Shown piece after piece: positions 63,004-64,000 of a stretch of 64,000 nucleotides of DNA (within the stretch, counting starts at the first letter, position 1; the number at the start of each line of letters is the position of its first letter). Under the pieces are notes generated by a model. That model did not search any database. It had not been told where the DNA came from and saw only the letters and a list, made by a program, of their open reading frames with translations. Origin of the DNA: an uncultured Alphaproteobacteria bacterium (GTDB lineage: Bacteria; Pseudomonadota; Alphaproteobacteria; HIMB59; GCA-002718135); the NCBI GenBank assembly GCA_902592345.1, contig CACJEE010000001.1, positions 46,038 through 110,037 of the forward strand, written 5' to 3'. The position numbers and the translations under genes are program-made.

Positions 63004-64000
63004 TGAAAATTAAAAAATTAGAAACTTTTACTAAACCATTTGTTAGTTTTGTTAAAGCAACTTTAGAAGATGGCTCTCAAGGATATGGTCAAATGTCTAC
63101 ATATCATGCAGATATCACAGCACAAATATTTCATAAACAAGTTGCACCTTGGGTTTTAGGTAAATTATGGACTGATTTTAATGATCTAGAAAATTTAGTT
63201 TTAGAAAAAGAACATAAATTTCCAGGCTCATATCTATTAAGAGCAATTGCTGGTCTGGATACAGCGCTATGGGATTTAAAAGGTAAATTAGAAAATAAAC
63301 CTGTTACAACTTTAATTGGAGGCAATGCTGGAAGTATCAAAGTATATGGTTCATCAATGAAAAGAGATATTAGCGCTAATGATGAAGCTGAGCGTTTTAA
63401 AAAATTATTTCAAGAAAAAGGAATAGATGCCTTTAAATTTAGAATAGGTGCTGAGTGTGGAAGAGGGCTGGATGAATGGGAAGGTAGAACAGAAGATATT
63501 GTTAAAACAATTAATCATTCACTTGATAGTTCTGTAAAAAAATTAGTTGATGCAAATAGTTGTTTTTCATCCGCTCAAGCAATTGAAGTTGGTAAACTTC
63601 TTGAAGATAATAATGTGACACATTTTGAAGAACCATGTCCGTATTGGGAGCCTGAACAAACAAAAGAAGTCACAAATGCACTTTCAATTGATGTTACTGG
63701 AGGTGAGCAAGATTGTGACATGCGAATATGGAGAGATATGGTAAAGAGAAAAATTGTTAATATTTTTCAACCTGATGTAATGTATCTTGGCGGATTAACA
63801 AGAACTCTTGAAGTTGCAAAAATAATTGAAGAGGGAGGTTTTATATGTACTCCTCATGCTGCAAATTTATCATTAGTTACTATGTGTACGATGCATTTAT
63901 TAAAAGCCATACCTAATGCTGGTCCATATTTAGAACTTTCTATTGAAGGTGAGGATTATTATCCATGGCAACAAGATCTATTTTTGAATGATCCTTTTGC
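63003..64000 (+). CDS. enolase-superfamily (mandelate racemase/muconate lactonizing enzyme) protein, partial at the window end
   Basis: Not in the ORF track because there is no stop in the window. ATG 63003 overlaps the upstream TGA. The frame is open to 64000. Metal-ligand motifs VDAN, FEEP and GGEQ are present. Confidence 0.8.
   Translation, partial: MKIKKLETFTKPFVSFVKATLEDGSQGYGQMSTYHADITAQIFHKQVAPWVLGKLWTDFNDLENLVLEKEHKFPGSYLLRAIAGLDTALWDLKGKLENKPVTTLIGGNAGSIKVYGSSMKRDISANDEAERFKKLFQEKGIDAFKFRIGAECGRGLDEWEGRTEDIVKTINHSLDSSVKKLVDANSCFSSAQAIEVGKLLEDNNVTHFEEPCPYWEPEQTKEVTNALSIDVTGGEQDCDMRIWRDMVKRKIVNIFQPDVMYLGGLTRTLEVAKIIEEGGFICTPHAANLSLVTMCTMHLLKAIPNAGPYLELSIEGEDYYPWQQDLFLNDPF

Noticed and set aside
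63131-63340. 69-aa minus-strand ORF reported by the track
   Set aside because: It lies antisense to the open enolase-superfamily frame (63003..>64000). That frame carries clear metal-ligand motifs, and the track missed it only because it has no stop in the window.
1-64000. Searched for mobile elements, prophage, defence systems, CRISPR arrays, tRNA/rRNA genes and island-flanking direct repeats
   Set aside because: I saw no integrase, transposase or recombinase-like ORFs, no repeat-spacer periodicity and no tRNA-like cloverleaf candidates in the intergenic regions. The only sizeable repeat is the 841-nt permease duplication.

Overview
Very AT-rich, tightly packed window. Intergenic gaps are mostly under 100 bp, many start/stop codons overlap, and I found no rRNA, tRNA, CRISPR array, integrase or transposase. 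Gene content and architecture fit a streamlined marine alphaproteobacterium of the SAR11/Pelagibacterales type; this is an inference, since no database search was possible. Three functional blocks are visible. (1) 0.07-17.8 kb is a sugar-acid/cyclitol oxidation island. It has an aldo-keto reductase, a UxaA-type dehydratase, SDRs, three IolG-like dehydrogenases, a CUT2 ABC transporter and two PfkB kinases. It also carries an orphan TPP-dependent E1 alpha/beta pair plus a free-standing 79-aa lipoyl domain. (2) 17.9-50.5 kb is a methylated-amine / organic-nitrogen island. It holds a betaine/TMAO-type ABC transporter, tmm, tdm, an IclR regulator, a single-subunit FAD oxidase, gmaS, mgsABC and a second, diverged mgsABC-like trio. 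It also has two further glutamine-synthetase-family genes in their own operons, two EamA transporters and a glnA-type glutamine riboswitch upstream of amt. The block ends with a Rieske oxygenase, a gamma-butyrobetaine-hydroxylase-like gene, an aldehyde dehydrogenase and an M24 hydrolase. (3) 50.5-64 kb is an N-acetylhexosamine island with a GHMP kinase, GH20, nagA, an AgaS-like gene and an ABC system with a tandemly duplicated MalG-type permease. The best candidates for undescribed biology are the paralogous Mgs-like trio together with the extra GS-like operons (a possible gamma-glutamyl or N-alkylglutamate route for an unknown amine) and the E2-less E1/lipoyl module. Other oddities are a 3'-truncated amt abutting a MetX-like remnant, a single in-frame TAA in the BBOX-like gene, and a CU-rich leader motif shared by two transporter genes.
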